Shown here one piece after another: positions 10,656-20,293 of a stretch of 64,000 bases of DNA. The position numbers and the translations under genes were made by a program. Source of the DNA: a virus; IMG/VR virus record IMGVR_UViG_3300037313_000284, positions 64,001 through 128,000 of that record; one strand, given 5' to 3'. Within the stretch, counting starts at the first letter, position 1. Each line of letters opens with the position of its first letter. The notes under the pieces are model-generated. The model worked only from the letters and a program-made list of their open reading frames with translations. It had not been told where the DNA came from and searched no databases.

Positions 10656-11564
10656 CTAGAACGATTCTTCGCGGACGATTTCGTCCCAAAGACCAAAATG
10701 CATACCGGTATGCTGTTCTAGTAACGAAGCCATTCCCTTAGCAAATGCCACACGATGTGCACGACCCCACGTTCTCGTATCGAAGAACGCTTTATCGTAA
10801 ATTTGCATCGCGGTTTGAAGGGACAACATATCAGTAGCTTGGGCCTTTAGCAAGCCTTCCACTTCTGCTTCATTAATAGGTTGAAGAAGGTCCATTATCC
10901 TCTTGAGTTCACGAGAGTTTTGCTCCAAAACCGAAAGTTCCAGTCCGGATTTCTCGCGCCGACCGAAGTCGGTAGCGGCGGCAGTTTCGACTTGGGCGAA
11001 CTCCGCAGCTTCCTCATCAATTCTAGTATCTTCCATAAGCCTTATCACCTTATTGGTTCCCGGCACATGGTGGTATCCGGGGAAGCTGCTATAGAAACGG
11101 ATTAGCTTTTGCAGCCCAATTGGACTGTCTTTGCTAGGACCTACGCGTATTAACTTAGGGCCGTCTGTGCGTAGGATGATAGCTAACGCCGCTCGTGCTA
11201 ATCCTTTTGCGCGAAACGCGGGTGCAGTACGCACGTCTGTTAATTCATCAGCATCTAGCTGATAGACCGCGCGGAACGCAACGTGTTCGCCGTAGCAAAC
11301 CGTATAGTAAATATGCCGCATGGCTTGCATCGTATACAAACGAAAACCATGGGGCATATAGCGACGTTCGTATTCATGGGTTAGTGCGTAGGAATCGCTT
11401 AGGTGGATATCCCTAGCGTGGCGCAAACCCAAACGACCGGTGCCGGCATTTACTAAAAACAAACCGTTGTCTACGCGAGTGTATAGCGTACTAAAGGGCC
11501 GCGCGTAATCTGAGTTCCGCTGACGGGCCGAGCTTGAAGAACCCAAGCGACGTGACTGTGGCAT
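10656..11564 (-). CDS. GNAT-like acetyltransferase with extra C-terminal domain
   Basis: VRTAPAFRAKGLARAAL acetyl-CoA motif A and LIRFYSSF; start refined to MPQSRR. Confidence 0.6.
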   Translation of the reverse strand: MPQSRRLGSSSSARQRNSDYARPFSTLYTRVDNGLFLVNAGTGRLGLRHARDIHLSDSYALTHEYERRYMPHGFRLYTMQAMRHIYYTVCYGEHVAFRAVYQLDADELTDVRTAPAFRAKGLARAALAIILRTDGPKLIRVGPSKDSPIGLQKLIRFYSSFPGYHHVPGTNKVIRLMEDTRIDEEAAEFAQVETAAATDFGRREKSGLELSVLEQNSRELKRIMDLLQPINEAEVEGLLKAQATDMLSLQTAMQIYDKAFFDTRTWGRAHRVAFAKGMASLLEQHTGMHFGLWDEIVREESF

Positions 11565-11907
11565 CGGTAGTCCGATAAATACTAACGTGATAAAAAGCAC
11601 GCATCACGTACCGCGCCATAACAAGGCGTAACGCAAACATGCACTTGAGGAATGTAGAGTCGAACTTGAACGCGTCCGACACAACGATTTCCGGTTGCCT
11701 TGGCCCTTGCACATCGTTGTAAACAACTGCAATAACGTCCGGGTCGCTAAATGGTTCCTGCGCCACCGTAAACGTAAATTGTGCAAAGTATCTAACTGAA
11801 CCGTCACGATGAATCGTTACTAACTCGTGAGACTTCACGAGTGGCAAGTCACCGATCTTCTCTTGCGGAATACGGGTACCGCCAAACTTTGAAGTCGTGG
11901 TCGTCAT
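11491..11907 (-). CDS. Hypothetical protein
   Basis: 138 aa, ATGA overlap with upstream gene. Confidence 0.5.
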   Translation of the reverse strand: MTTTTSKFGGTRIPQEKIGDLPLVKSHELVTIHRDGSVRYFAQFTFTVAQEPFSDPDVIAVVYNDVQGPRQPEIVVSDAFKFDSTFLKCMFALRLVMARYVMRAFYHVSIYRTTDATVTSLGFFKLGPSAELRLRAAL

Positions 11908-12086
11908 GATCCGTCCTCTGCCGGTCTAAAAGGCCAATCAGTAACGCACACATCAGGAAAAATATCCTCCGAAGTGTTGTGATCTTCGGTTTTCCAAGCA
12001 CAAACTAACTGATCGTCTTCGTAGTCTACGACAAGCATAGAAGGGCCACCACTTTTGAGCATAACTCGCGTGCCAATAGCTCTCAT
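11904..12086 (-). CDS. YodC/DUF2158-like small protein
   Basis: GTRVMLKSGGPSMLV...CAW...F signature; start refined. Confidence 0.75.
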   Translation of the reverse strand: MRAIGTRVMLKSGGPSMLVVDYEDDQLVCAWKTEDHNTSEDIFPDVCVTDWPFRPAEDGS

Positions 12087-12544
12087 CGGTACTTCTTTCG
12101 TTTGCCTACTTTGGACGAACCGTAGCCTATTCTCTGTAGATGCGGATGCTCTAGTGCGTGGCACGGTTTACATAACGTACGTAAATTATTAGGAGTGTCG
12201 GGACCACCTTTTTCACGCCTAATAATATGATGCACGTCTAGCTTGCCGTGATTAGGCGGCCTGTACACTTTACGGCAATGTGCGTTGGTGCACGTATAGT
12301 TATCTCGATTGATGACCAGCTTTCTAGTTGCTTCCCACTCAGGACCATACGGAGGCTCTTCAGCGCGACGCCCTTCGTTGGTCGAGTGGTAGCTATTACT
12401 AGAGCTTCGCTCTTCGCGACGTTCAAAAAAGCTAGGAGGCGGACCCCCATTGCGAAGTGAACTAGTAGGCCTACTATTTGGCGGAGGACCAAAGTTAAGC
12501 CTTGTGGGTTTTGCCGCTCTAGGCGGGCCGCCACCGCCACGCAT
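12083..12544 (-). CDS. HNH endonuclease
   Basis: RDNYTC..C..LDVHHIIRREKGGPDTPNNLRTLCKPCHALEH. Confidence 0.9.
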   Translation of the reverse strand: MRGGGGPPRAAKPTRLNFGPPPNSRPTSSLRNGGPPPSFFERREERSSSNSYHSTNEGRRAEEPPYGPEWEATRKLVINRDNYTCTNAHCRKVYRPPNHGKLDVHHIIRREKGGPDTPNNLRTLCKPCHALEHPHLQRIGYGSSKVGKRKKYR

Positions 12545-12546
12545 TA

Positions 12547-12744
12547 CTATTCCTCGTCAGCAAAATCGCTATTGCGAATTTCCGCACGCCTAAGAGTGTG
12601 AACCTTCGTACGGAAACGCCGACGTTCGGGTGACGTACGAGATTTGATCTTATTAATGCGTTTCTTCATCTTCGAACGCGGGTGCGACCTAAGATATTCT
12701 CGCTTGGCAACAGTGCTCAAGCGATCAAACCATTTTCCGTTCAT
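12547..12744 (-). CDS. Small basic protein
   Basis: 65 aa, R/K-rich, tightly packed between neighbours. Confidence 0.65.
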   Translation of the reverse strand: MNGKWFDRLSTVAKREYLRSHPRSKMKKRINKIKSRTSPERRRFRTKVHTLRRAEIRNSDFADEE

Positions 12745-12749
12745 GGTTA

Positions 12750-12986
12750 TTACACCCGCTTTTTAGCCTGCCGCCTTGCAGGAGGCTTAGGGGCTTTGGC
12801 TGGTTTTGGAGCCTTCGGCGGCTTGTTAGGTTTAGCGCTGTACTTGCGGTTAAGCTCATCGTACTCTTTGTAGAGTTTATTAAGCTTGCCGGGGTTCTTA
12901 GCGCGATCCTTGAACGCCGTGACCATTTTCTTCTGGACCTTTGCCATCTTGGATCGCAAAGTGGTCTTGCTAGGAGCCTTAGCCAT
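12750..12986 (-). CDS. Small Lys/Pro/Ala-rich basic protein
   Basis: 78 aa, KAPKP repeats, SD GAGG. Confidence 0.7.
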   Translation of the reverse strand: MAKAPSKTTLRSKMAKVQKKMVTAFKDRAKNPGKLNKLYKEYDELNRKYSAKPNKPPKAPKPAKAPKPPARRQAKKRV

Positions 12987-12988
12987 TA

Positions 12989-13732
12989 TTAATTCCTCAA
13001 GCTCTGGCGGGCCTTCTCGCTTGCCGCGTCGAGGCTTTCTTGGCCGTATTGTCCAACGGAGTTTAATAGGTTCGACATGCCGTCGTTCAAAGTACGCTTC
13101 AAACCTTCCAGCGAATTGCCGCTGTTGACTTTAGAACGAAGCGTGGAAATCTCGTTGATCAGGAAGTTAATGAGCGCCAAGTACAACGGTGCAACCGCGT
13201 CGTTTACAACTCGATCCGCTAGAGCGTCAGTCGAAGACATGGCTCGCAGATCGTTCATTAACTCGCGTGCAAGGTTTACCTGATTGGAGAACGCATACGC
13301 CGCGCGCTCTGCCTTGCTTGTATTAGCGGTGTTTTCGTAGCCAGGAAGCAGCCGGATAACCGCAGCCAACGCTTCCCGCGTGACAATCTCTTGCGTCGCG
13401 GGCGAGTTATAAGGTTGCAGCTTATCGCTAATGCGTTTGGAGACCTTACGCATCTGTTTTTCGAAGGCGGTATTAGCCTCTTCGAAACCGTCGTCATCAT
13501 CGTCTTCATCGCCGCCTACCCGGCGGACACCAAGTTCAACCGCCTCTTCCCGCAAACGGTTGATCTTCTTTTTAGTAACCTTGGTAGGACCGACGCTAGC
13601 CGGATGATCTTCGTCCCAAGGGAGATCGTCATCCGCACTAACGTCGGCCACTTTAACCTTAGTCTTCGTCTTGGTCGGCACGCTCTTCTTCGCTTTGAGC
13701 TTTGCCTTCAATTTGCCGAGCTTAACAGCCAT
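12989..13732 (-). CDS. Hypothetical helical protein
   Basis: 247 aa; basic N-terminus, acidic patch, helical C-terminus. Confidence 0.75.
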   Translation of the reverse strand: MAVKLGKLKAKLKAKKSVPTKTKTKVKVADVSADDDLPWDEDHPASVGPTKVTKKKINRLREEAVELGVRRVGGDEDDDDDGFEEANTAFEKQMRKVSKRISDKLQPYNSPATQEIVTREALAAVIRLLPGYENTANTSKAERAAYAFSNQVNLARELMNDLRAMSSTDALADRVVNDAVAPLYLALINFLINEISTLRSKVNSGNSLEGLKRTLNDGMSNLLNSVGQYGQESLDAASEKARQSLRN

Positions 13733-13747
13733 AGCCCGTCCTTTGAG

Positions 13748-14236
13748 TTAACGTAGATAGCGGTATTGCAAGAACAACGCTGCAATCGATAGCAGCACCC
13801 CGGCGAGCGATCCGAGAATTAATGACCGACGGTCGCGACGCCACTCTTGATCGTACGTGCTAGGGCCGGAAATGTGTAAGACACCTCCGATGATAGCCAT
13901 GTACGCGAGCAGGGTAACGACCGGCGAGTTAACAACCGAAGCAGAATCACCGGTGATATTGATATACAGGTTGGCGAACCGCGAGCCTAACAAAGACGCC
14001 CACATGAGGAACATGCCGGTGACTAGTTGACTAACGCGGTCGAATTTGTGGTCTTTGGACGCACGAATCATCAGCGGCGTGTACACAATAGTAACTGTGC
14101 CCACGATACCGATGCAAACGGCGTTCATGATAGGCAGTAGAGTCTTGTTAGGTACTACTAACGCGAGCAGGCCAAATAAGCAGGCCGCCGCCACGCTAAA
14201 TAGCGCCAACTTAGGAAGATTTGGGAGAGGGCGCAT
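13748..14236 (-). CDS. Multi-pass membrane protein
   Basis: About 5 hydrophobic segments. Confidence 0.75.
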   Translation of the reverse strand: MRPLPNLPKLALFSVAAACLFGLLALVVPNKTLLPIMNAVCIGIVGTVTIVYTPLMIRASKDHKFDRVSQLVTGMFLMWASLLGSRFANLYINITGDSASVVNSPVVTLLAYMAIIGGVLHISGPSTYDQEWRRDRRSLILGSLAGVLLSIAALFLQYRYLR

Positions 14237-14250
14237 CTACGTGTAAACCT

Positions 14251-14445
14251 CTATGGAATCGAGCCCTTAAGGGCCAATAGTTCTCGTATAGTGTCTTCGA
14301 GACGCTGTGATGCGCTAGCATTAGCAGCGTAACATTTATTAAAATCTTCTACGTACTGTTTGTTTGTGGGTTCAATGTGTTGCTGGATAGCGCTGGAAAC
14401 ATCAGAAGTCCTGCGCGATCTAGGCCGGAAATCTAGAAGTGACAT
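14251..14445 (-). CDS. Hypothetical protein
   Basis: 64 aa from MSLLDF, in operon. Confidence 0.55.
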   Translation of the reverse strand: MSLLDFRPRSRRTSDVSSAIQQHIEPTNKQYVEDFNKCYAANASASQRLEDTIRELLALKGSIP

Positions 14446-14446
14446 A

Positions 14447-14725
14447 TCAGCGCCTTGCCATGGTCGATAAGCTAATAAGTTGAGCAAGATTGTCCAGACC
14501 GCGCGTGTTAGCCGCTACGGTCGCGAGACTTTCTCTGCCTTCTATAATACGCTTCTCTTGAATTTCCATTAACGAAGTACGGAGTTCCTTGTTCTCCGTC
14601 TGCGTGGTCTTCCGGTCGCGTATTAATAACACAATGATACCGAGTTGGCCGAGGACGACGAGGCCAGCCCAACCTTGGGCTATAAGCCATTCAACAATTT
14701 TCAGTATTGCGTCTTCCAAGGCCAA
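14447..14725 (-). CDS. Single-TM coiled-coil protein (holin-like)
   Basis: N-terminal TM (GWAGLVVLGQLGIIVLLI) then a charged coiled coil; SD AGGAGAG. Confidence 0.5.
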   Translation of the reverse strand: MALEDAILKIVEWLIAQGWAGLVVLGQLGIIVLLIRDRKTTQTENKELRTSLMEIQEKRIIEGRESLATVAANTRGLDNLAQLISLSTMARR

Positions 14726-14753
14726 CTCTCCTACCTTGTGTTACTAGCCGATG

Positions 14754-15563
14754 CTATTCCATTACCAAGGCGTCGTACATCATTCCGAGGACGGTAAGGA
14801 TTTTACTATCCGAAGCACCCTCATCCAGTTGCACTTGCCGCAGCGGCTTTCCGTACGTGTCGTACTTACTATCCTTAGAAAGGAGGATTAAGTACGAACC
14901 CTCTTCACGGCGGATCAGGTAGACTTGCCTATCAGGAAACCCGTCAGGGGTACCCCGTTTGGCCCAAGCGGCGTCACCCGACTTAGGTTGACTAACAGGA
15001 ACGAATCCCATTTCGGTCAACGAACGCATGACCTTCCCAGGCAATGCTGCTTCCGAACCAATAGTAGCCGATGTTTCAATCGACTTTTTATTAGCTGGCG
15101 ATTTCTCCGCGATCTTCTCACCCAAGGCACGCCACATCGAGAGGAACTTCTCACGATCTTTGTGCCATGGGTTTACTAAATCACGCATATCACCCATGAA
15201 CGACTTGTAGAAGGCGCTCATGCGTTTGTCCTTAGCCAATTCCTTGCGACGCTTTTGCGTTTTAATGATATTGGCTATCTCGTCGTCACCATCGTCTTCT
15301 TCTTCGTCCTCATCACTGAGGCCGCCTAACAGGTCTTCTAGTAATTCGAAGATACCTGTTAGGGCCAAGACTCGGTCGTTACGGCTCATTTCCGGGTGAT
15401 CGGCCGCATCCATTTCCTCGTCGTCGTCTTCCAACGAGTTATAATACGCAGACACGAATGCGAAGAGAGTCTTCTGCGCCACCGGATCGGTTAAGAACCG
15501 GTGTAACGCTTCGACTTCTACTTGCCCGTCTTGTTCATCGTCATCGTAAGCGCCACGTGCCAT
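14754..15563 (-). CDS. Hypothetical protein, possibly virion-internal
   Basis: 269 aa; acidic N-domain, IETSAT linker, second domain. Confidence 0.7.
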   Translation of the reverse strand: MARGAYDDDEQDGQVEVEALHRFLTDPVAQKTLFAFVSAYYNSLEDDDEEMDAADHPEMSRNDRVLALTGIFELLEDLLGGLSDEDEEEDDGDDEIANIIKTQKRRKELAKDKRMSAFYKSFMGDMRDLVNPWHKDREKFLSMWRALGEKIAEKSPANKKSIETSATIGSEAALPGKVMRSLTEMGFVPVSQPKSGDAAWAKRGTPDGFPDRQVYLIRREEGSYLILLSKDSKYDTYGKPLRQVQLDEGASDSKILTVLGMMYDALVME

Positions 15564-15597
15564 GTTTCACCTGTGTTAATAACTGCAACAGGTGCTA

Positions 15598-16365
15598 CTA
15601 AGCGATCAGGGCGCGTTTACGCATCATCTGTTCAAGTTGCGCGAAGAAAGCGGGTTGCGAAGCATACAGCTTACGGAAGTAAGCAATCATGCCTTGCGCG
15701 TCACGCTTATCAAGCGCGGCGGTTTCCTTAGCTTCGTCGCTTTCGCCTTCGGCGACGAAGTGCGAGTGCGCCACGACGGCGGAGTGCGAACAAGGAACTA
15801 ACTTGCCGGTCTTAACCGACAGGATATTAAGTTGACCGTTGTCGTCGTAGGACACGACGCCCGAGTCAGCCGTGGCCGTTTCCGGGTTAGTGAACAGAGC
15901 GAATTCGCCTTGATCCACCGTGCCGATACCAGCGTCAAAGAAGTTAGCAGCGATACGGCCAACCGATTGACGGGCCGCAGCCGCGAGCAACGCCGAGATA
16001 TCCGTATCCGATTGCTTAACCAGACGACGAACGCCGGGTTGAGCCTCGACAACCTTCCACGTCGCGTCTTCATCATCCGCGAACACGTTGGCTTCAATAA
16101 CTTCACGCATCTGCGAAGCATCTTCGTACGGACGGCTTTCAGTAACCGGACGCACGTGGAAAGCCACAGCGCGAGCTTGTTCGATTTGGGTCACGTTGCG
16201 AACCGTACCCGGCACGACTTCGATCTTACCTTCGAACTTGTCGCGAATCTTGTTCGCGTAGTCTTGCGCGGTTTCCACCTTGGACGTTTCCGCAACCACG
16301 GAGGCCACGTTTCCGCCAATCATTTCGAAGGTCTGAATGTTAGCAACAACAATCTTGTTAGACAT
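15598..16365 (-). CDS. Putative virion protein
   Basis: 255 aa, biased codon use, KETAA motif near the C-terminus. Confidence 0.6.
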   Translation of the reverse strand: MSNKIVVANIQTFEMIGGNVASVVAETSKVETAQDYANKIRDKFEGKIEVVPGTVRNVTQIEQARAVAFHVRPVTESRPYEDASQMREVIEANVFADDEDATWKVVEAQPGVRRLVKQSDTDISALLAAAARQSVGRIAANFFDAGIGTVDQGEFALFTNPETATADSGVVSYDDNGQLNILSVKTGKLVPCSHSAVVAHSHFVAEGESDEAKETAALDKRDAQGMIAYFRKLYASQPAFFAQLEQMMRKRALIA

Positions 16366-16409
16366 TTGTATTAATCCTTAGAAGGTTCAGGTCCTATCGA
16401 CCGCTAGCT

Positions 16410-17525
16410 CTATAAACTGACGCCGTTATCAAGTAAGCCGCCCAAGTTGCCGCGAGCTAGCATGAAGGCGGATGGCCGAATGTACGATCTACCATTATGA
16501 GCAAAGTTATTGTTCTGCCCACCGTAGCTAACCGTAACATGCAGATGGCCGATGGAAGAGCGAGAAAGCATCCCGCCTTTGATGCTGGTTAAGTTACTAT
16601 CTAACCAGTTGCCTAGTTCATCCATTTTGGTTTGGATGAATTGTGTCCTATCCACATTAACTTGGATCGATCCACCTTGGAAATCGAAGGTGCTAAGACC
16701 TTCGGCCAAGTAGAGGCGATTAAGCATTTCGTGGAGTGCTGCAACTCTAAGCGCATGCGTTAGGGGTTGCGGCATGGTGTCGGGGCTAAAGCTAGTCTGT
16801 TGAGGCGGATGGATATTAACCCGATCCATGCCTCGGTATAAGCAATCGATTAACTCCGTCTCGTGGAAACTGAAATGCCCTAACCAACGCGTCATCTGCG
16901 ATTGGTCGATGAACATTTTGAAGCTCGACAGCATGCTAGCCGTCTTCGTGGAGATAACAAACGCTTGGCGGTACTCGTGTTGCGGTACGCCACCGATTAG
17001 GTAACGCCAGTGCGCCACGTATTCGCCAACGCCAATAACTGGAACCTGCCATTCCACAGTAGCACGAATGCTACCGGGGCTTTCAGGAGTTTGCGTCGAA
17101 ACGCTATCCGTTACTGCGTTGGTAGACGCGATCTGCACGGTACCTGCTAGAGTTAGTACCTCGCACTGAATGTCAGTAGCGCCTAACGGCAGGTAGATTT
17201 CATCCATTAACGAGACGTTGACCACGCCAAAACCCGCAGGGGCAGGACGTTGTACACCTTCGTCATAGGACACGACTTGGAAGTCTTGTTCCGCCGTACC
17301 GTTAGAGTGCGTCCAAATCAGCTTGTAATAACCCGAAGTCGGGGTGCAAATCGGAGCAACTGCGGGAATGCTAAGAGTAGCACGCCACGTGTTGGCATCG
17401 ATCTTCACCGCCGCTGTAATCGGGATACTAAGTCCGTTGAAGTCTTTAGCTACGACCGTGACCGCATCTTCCGCAGGATCAAAATCGCGCTCGACTACCG
17501 TGTTACTGCCGGGGTAGAGGATCAT
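16410..17525 (-). CDS. Putative head completion/neck protein
   Basis: 371 aa; beta-rich N-domains then a helical adaptor-like C-domain (FDFQGGSIQVNVDR). Confidence 0.45.
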   Translation of the reverse strand: MILYPGSNTVVERDFDPAEDAVTVVAKDFNGLSIPITAAVKIDANTWRATLSIPAVAPICTPTSGYYKLIWTHSNGTAEQDFQVVSYDEGVQRPAPAGFGVVNVSLMDEIYLPLGATDIQCEVLTLAGTVQIASTNAVTDSVSTQTPESPGSIRATVEWQVPVIGVGEYVAHWRYLIGGVPQHEYRQAFVISTKTASMLSSFKMFIDQSQMTRWLGHFSFHETELIDCLYRGMDRVNIHPPQQTSFSPDTMPQPLTHALRVAALHEMLNRLYLAEGLSTFDFQGGSIQVNVDRTQFIQTKMDELGNWLDSNLTSIKGGMLSRSSIGHLHVTVSYGGQNNNFAHNGRSYIRPSAFMLARGNLGGLLDNGVSL

Positions 17526-17884
17526 ACGACGCCTCCATTAGTAATGAACCCATGCCATAAACCACCGGCGCTTCCGTCAATAGAGGGCGTAACTGTTAAC
17601 GTAGCAAAATCTAGTGCGCCGTGGACCGTCCAAGCGCACTCCACTTTGCAACCTTGCACGTGACTGGTTTCTACCCCAGCCGCTCTTACTAATCCCATTT
17701 GACTATGCGGGCAATCCCAACGATCTTGGGTATAGCATTCGGGTTCCCGACATACTAAAAACTTGCGACCAGCTTCAAAGAAACAAGTCTGCCACCAATC
17801 AGGTTTAGTAGGGCTACGAAAAACAAAGCCAACTTTGCGTCCGTCTTCGATTAGCCACCTTGGGTCTAAATCGAGCAACCGCAT
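17522..17884 (-). CDS. DUF6527-like protein
   Basis: W...TLTVTPSI...WHGFITNG; start refined to MRLLDL. Confidence 0.6.
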   Translation of the reverse strand: MRLLDLDPRWLIEDGRKVGFVFRSPTKPDWWQTCFFEAGRKFLVCREPECYTQDRWDCPHSQMGLVRAAGVETSHVQGCKVECAWTVHGALDFATLTVTPSIDGSAGGLWHGFITNGGVV

Positions 17885-17885
17885 G

Positions 17886-19001
17886 TTACCACTTGCCTTC
17901 GAGAGCGAGGCTAACCTTAGAACCCAGCATGGCATTCGAAGGGAAGGTGACTTCGTAATAACCAGCCTTATTAAAGCGCACGCCACCGCCTAAGTCATCC
18001 GCCGAGTTGTTTTGGATGATTTGCAGAATGTAACGCGCCATGGTGGCTTTATTAATCACTTGCGGATTACACCGCAGCACGAGTTCGCCTTGCTCGCCAA
18101 TCGACATTGAGTCAATCGCGCCTTGGAGAATCTGCGCTTGTGTTTGGAAGTCGAACTTCTCGCTACCTTGCTTAGCCGGGCGACCAAGGAAAGTATTATA
18201 ACGATTGGTCTTATCACCAAAGGTCTGAGCAACGTGCGGGGCCGTGCTATCGTTACGAACCGCAACGCTCTTGCTAACGACGCTTGAGAAATAATCGATC
18301 AGCGCGGCGTCAGTCTGCTTAGTCCAGTGTCCGAGGTTACGACGCTTGCCGAGTTGAATGCTCGTACCAGCCGCATCGTGATAACTCGTATCCCAAACCG
18401 GGGGCAGGCGATCTTCCCACACGGACACTACAACTTCACCGCCGGTATCCAGCACCGTCTTAGCGCTAGACTTACATTCGACCGAGACGATGATGCTAAG
18501 CGTCATTTGCGCGAGACGATAGCTAATAACGTAGAGCGTTTGTTGTGCGCTCATTGCGAACTGCGTTTGGGTGGGTTCATCCTCTAGCAGTCCGTCGCGT
18601 TGCAGCGCCGTGGTGATCTTGAAGAAAGCGTTAGCCGGGTTATAAGTCGCCGAGCTAATCGGATCACCCGGATTAACCGGAGCGCAGAGTTCTAACAGCC
18701 GGTTAGCCGTTTCAAGAATGCTGTCACGGATATTAAGCACCGACGCGCGACTGCGCGATGCGATGTTCTCCGCCACCAAATGCGAATGCGCGACAACGGT
18801 ATCGTGCAATTGATTAGTGGTTTGCAAGCAGGCGCTAAGTTTGTCGAAGATTACCTTCTCCGACGTGACCGTAAGAGCGCGGCGATTCTTTCGCGCGCCT
18901 TGATTAATAACCGCATCAGCGCTAGCGATAGCGATTCGGGCGTCCGCTTCGGCAGCCCGAATACTACGAGTGACCGAGTCGAAAGTCTGTTTCGAGGACA
19001 T
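17886..19001 (-). CDS. Hypothetical protein
   Basis: About 371 aa from MSSKQ; late motif upstream at 19065-19076. Confidence 0.75.
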   Translation of the reverse strand: MSSKQTFDSVTRSIRAAEADARIAIASADAVINQGARKNRRALTVTSEKVIFDKLSACLQTTNQLHDTVVAHSHLVAENIASRSRASVLNIRDSILETANRLLELCAPVNPGDPISSATYNPANAFFKITTALQRDGLLEDEPTQTQFAMSAQQTLYVISYRLAQMTLSIIVSVECKSSAKTVLDTGGEVVVSVWEDRLPPVWDTSYHDAAGTSIQLGKRRNLGHWTKQTDAALIDYFSSVVSKSVAVRNDSTAPHVAQTFGDKTNRYNTFLGRPAKQGSEKFDFQTQAQILQGAIDSMSIGEQGELVLRCNPQVINKATMARYILQIIQNNSADDLGGGVRFNKAGYYEVTFPSNAMLGSKVSLALEGKW

Positions 19002-19064
19002 TATTCTACAATCCCTATAGTGGCGCAAATAACGCCACCTAGTCCAACGGTGGCCGCGTATTCC

Positions 19065-19076
19065 CTAATAAATTAC
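19065..19076 (-). promoter_or_regulatory. Putative late promoter GTAATTTATTAG
   Basis: Recurrent motif. Confidence 0.6.
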
Positions 19077-19097
19077 TGAAAATAGACATAGCTAATA

Positions 19098-19180
19098 AAC
19101 GAAAATACCCTCACGTGTTAGGTGAGGGTATAGGATATAAAACAAAAACGCCACCCTTCAGCGAGAAAGGGTGGCGTCTT
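19098..19180 (-). terminator. Two tandem intrinsic terminators
   Basis: ACGCCACCCT/AGGGTGGCGT plus TTTT, and ATACCCTCAC/GTGAGGGTAT plus TTT. Confidence 0.75.
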
Positions 19181-19365
19181 CGGAGGGTCTAACCGGCAAT
19201 TGCTTGGGAGAGAACGCGTACTGTGCGGGGGTTAGTACGCGGGGCGACTGTCCTAGCGATTGCCACCCTCTATGGCAACAAGAGTTAGTATGGGCTAGTC
19301 CACTTAAGCAGTGAACACACTAGCAAGGCTGTAACTAGCGTTGCGTGTCATCTAACTCGCCATTA
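19141..19365 (-). ncRNA. Putative structured non-coding RNA (~220 nt)
   Basis: Bounded by CTAATTTATTAG (19370-19381) and a terminator; two nested helical domains; no convincing ORF. Confidence 0.55.
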
Positions 19366-19369
19366 CCAA

Positions 19370-19381
19370 CTAATAAATTAG
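19370..19381 (-). promoter_or_regulatory. Putative late promoter CTAATTTATTAG
   Basis: Identical 12-mer also at 20397-20408. Confidence 0.65.
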
Positions 19382-19418
19382 TGGTTTAATGACACCTAAC
19401 TCTTGGCCGTATTATTTA

Positions 19419-19526
19419 TCATACTCGACGTATAGTTCGTTTTCGTAGTCGGCGACGATCATTAGAATTTTTAGCTCGCCGTTCCGCGCGATTACGGGGA
19501 CCGGGATCAATGATTGAATTCGCCAT
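19419..19526 (-). CDS. 35-aa Arg-rich peptide
   Basis: MANSIIDPGPRNRAERRAKNSNDRRRLRKRTIRRV, SD GGAG; below the track length cutoff. Confidence 0.5.
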   Translation of the reverse strand: MANSIIDPGPRNRAERRAKNSNDRRRLRKRTIRRV

Positions 19527-19562
19527 GACTAGCACTCCGCTAGTGGAGGAAAGGGAGCAGAC

Positions 19563-19626
19563 ATAGAAAAAGGGCCATCACGAAGTTACAAGACGCTAAC
19601 GCAATCCTGAGTCCGTGATGGCCCTT
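19563..19626 (-). terminator. Terminator of the H1-like gene
   Basis: AGGGCCATCACG...CGTGATGGCCCT plus TTTT. Confidence 0.65.
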
Positions 19627-19729
19627 CTGTAACACATAGAAATTAGTCAGGTCGTCAGTCTAAACTTAAGCCTGAGCCTTAATGCGGTCCCCCTACGGTG
19701 AACCTACAGTCTTAGACCTGACTTATTAA

Positions 19730-20293
19730 CTACATCGACTTGCGCTTACCAGCCTTTTTGGCGGGCTTCGCAGCTTTCTTGGCAGCCTTAGGAGCGGCCT
19801 TTTTAGCAGCAGGCTTAGCAGCCTTCTTAACCGAAGCCTTCTTTGCAGCGGGCTTCGCGGCGGCCTTCTTAGCCGGACGGCCAGCCTTCTTAGCGGCGGG
19901 CTTAGCAACGGCCTTCTTAGCAGCCTTGGGGGCGGCCTTCGCAGGTTTAGTAGCCTTCTTAGCCGGAGCCTTAGCAGCGGCCTTCTTCGACTTAGCGACC
20001 GACTTCTTCACGTTGCCGCGAATCGTCTTCCACTTAGCAAACGTGGTCGTTTGCATGCCCTTACCACCGGACGGACCGGGCTTCTTAGCCGGGCGACCTT
20101 GCTTGGTCTTACCGGTCTTATAACGGAGCAGCGCGGCCTTACGAATCTTGGCCTTGTGCTCGGCCGACATAGTGCGGCCCTTGGTCGACTTAGCAGCGGC
20201 GCGCTTACCAGCGGCAACAGCCTTCATGTCCTTCTTACGGGCTTTGCCCGTCTTCGGATCGATCTTCTCGTTCTTACCGAGTTTGCGAGCCAT
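19730..20293 (-). CDS. Histone H1-like Lys/Ala-rich protein
   Basis: KPAAKKA repeats, SD AGGAG, strong codon bias. Confidence 0.85.
   Translation of the reverse strand: MARKLGKNEKIDPKTGKARKKDMKAVAAGKRAAAKSTKGRTMSAEHKAKIRKAALLRYKTGKTKQGRPAKKPGPSGGKGMQTTTFAKWKTIRGNVKKSVAKSKKAAAKAPAKKATKPAKAAPKAAKKAVAKPAAKKAGRPAKKAAAKPAAKKASVKKAAKPAAKKAAPKAAKKAAKPAKKAGKRKSM

Noticed and set aside
13748-14725. Complete lysis cassette
   Set aside because: Membrane proteins are present, but no endolysin or spanin lipobox was recognised nearby
19080-19725. tRNA or CRISPR array in the long intergenic regions (also 62460-62835)
   Set aside because: No cloverleaf with T-loop/CCA and no regularly spaced identical repeats found
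19740-20123. Hydrophobic 'membrane protein' ORFs at 19740-20123 and 41667-42185
   Set aside because: Reverse-complement read-outs of the Lys/Ala codon repeats of the H1-like genes
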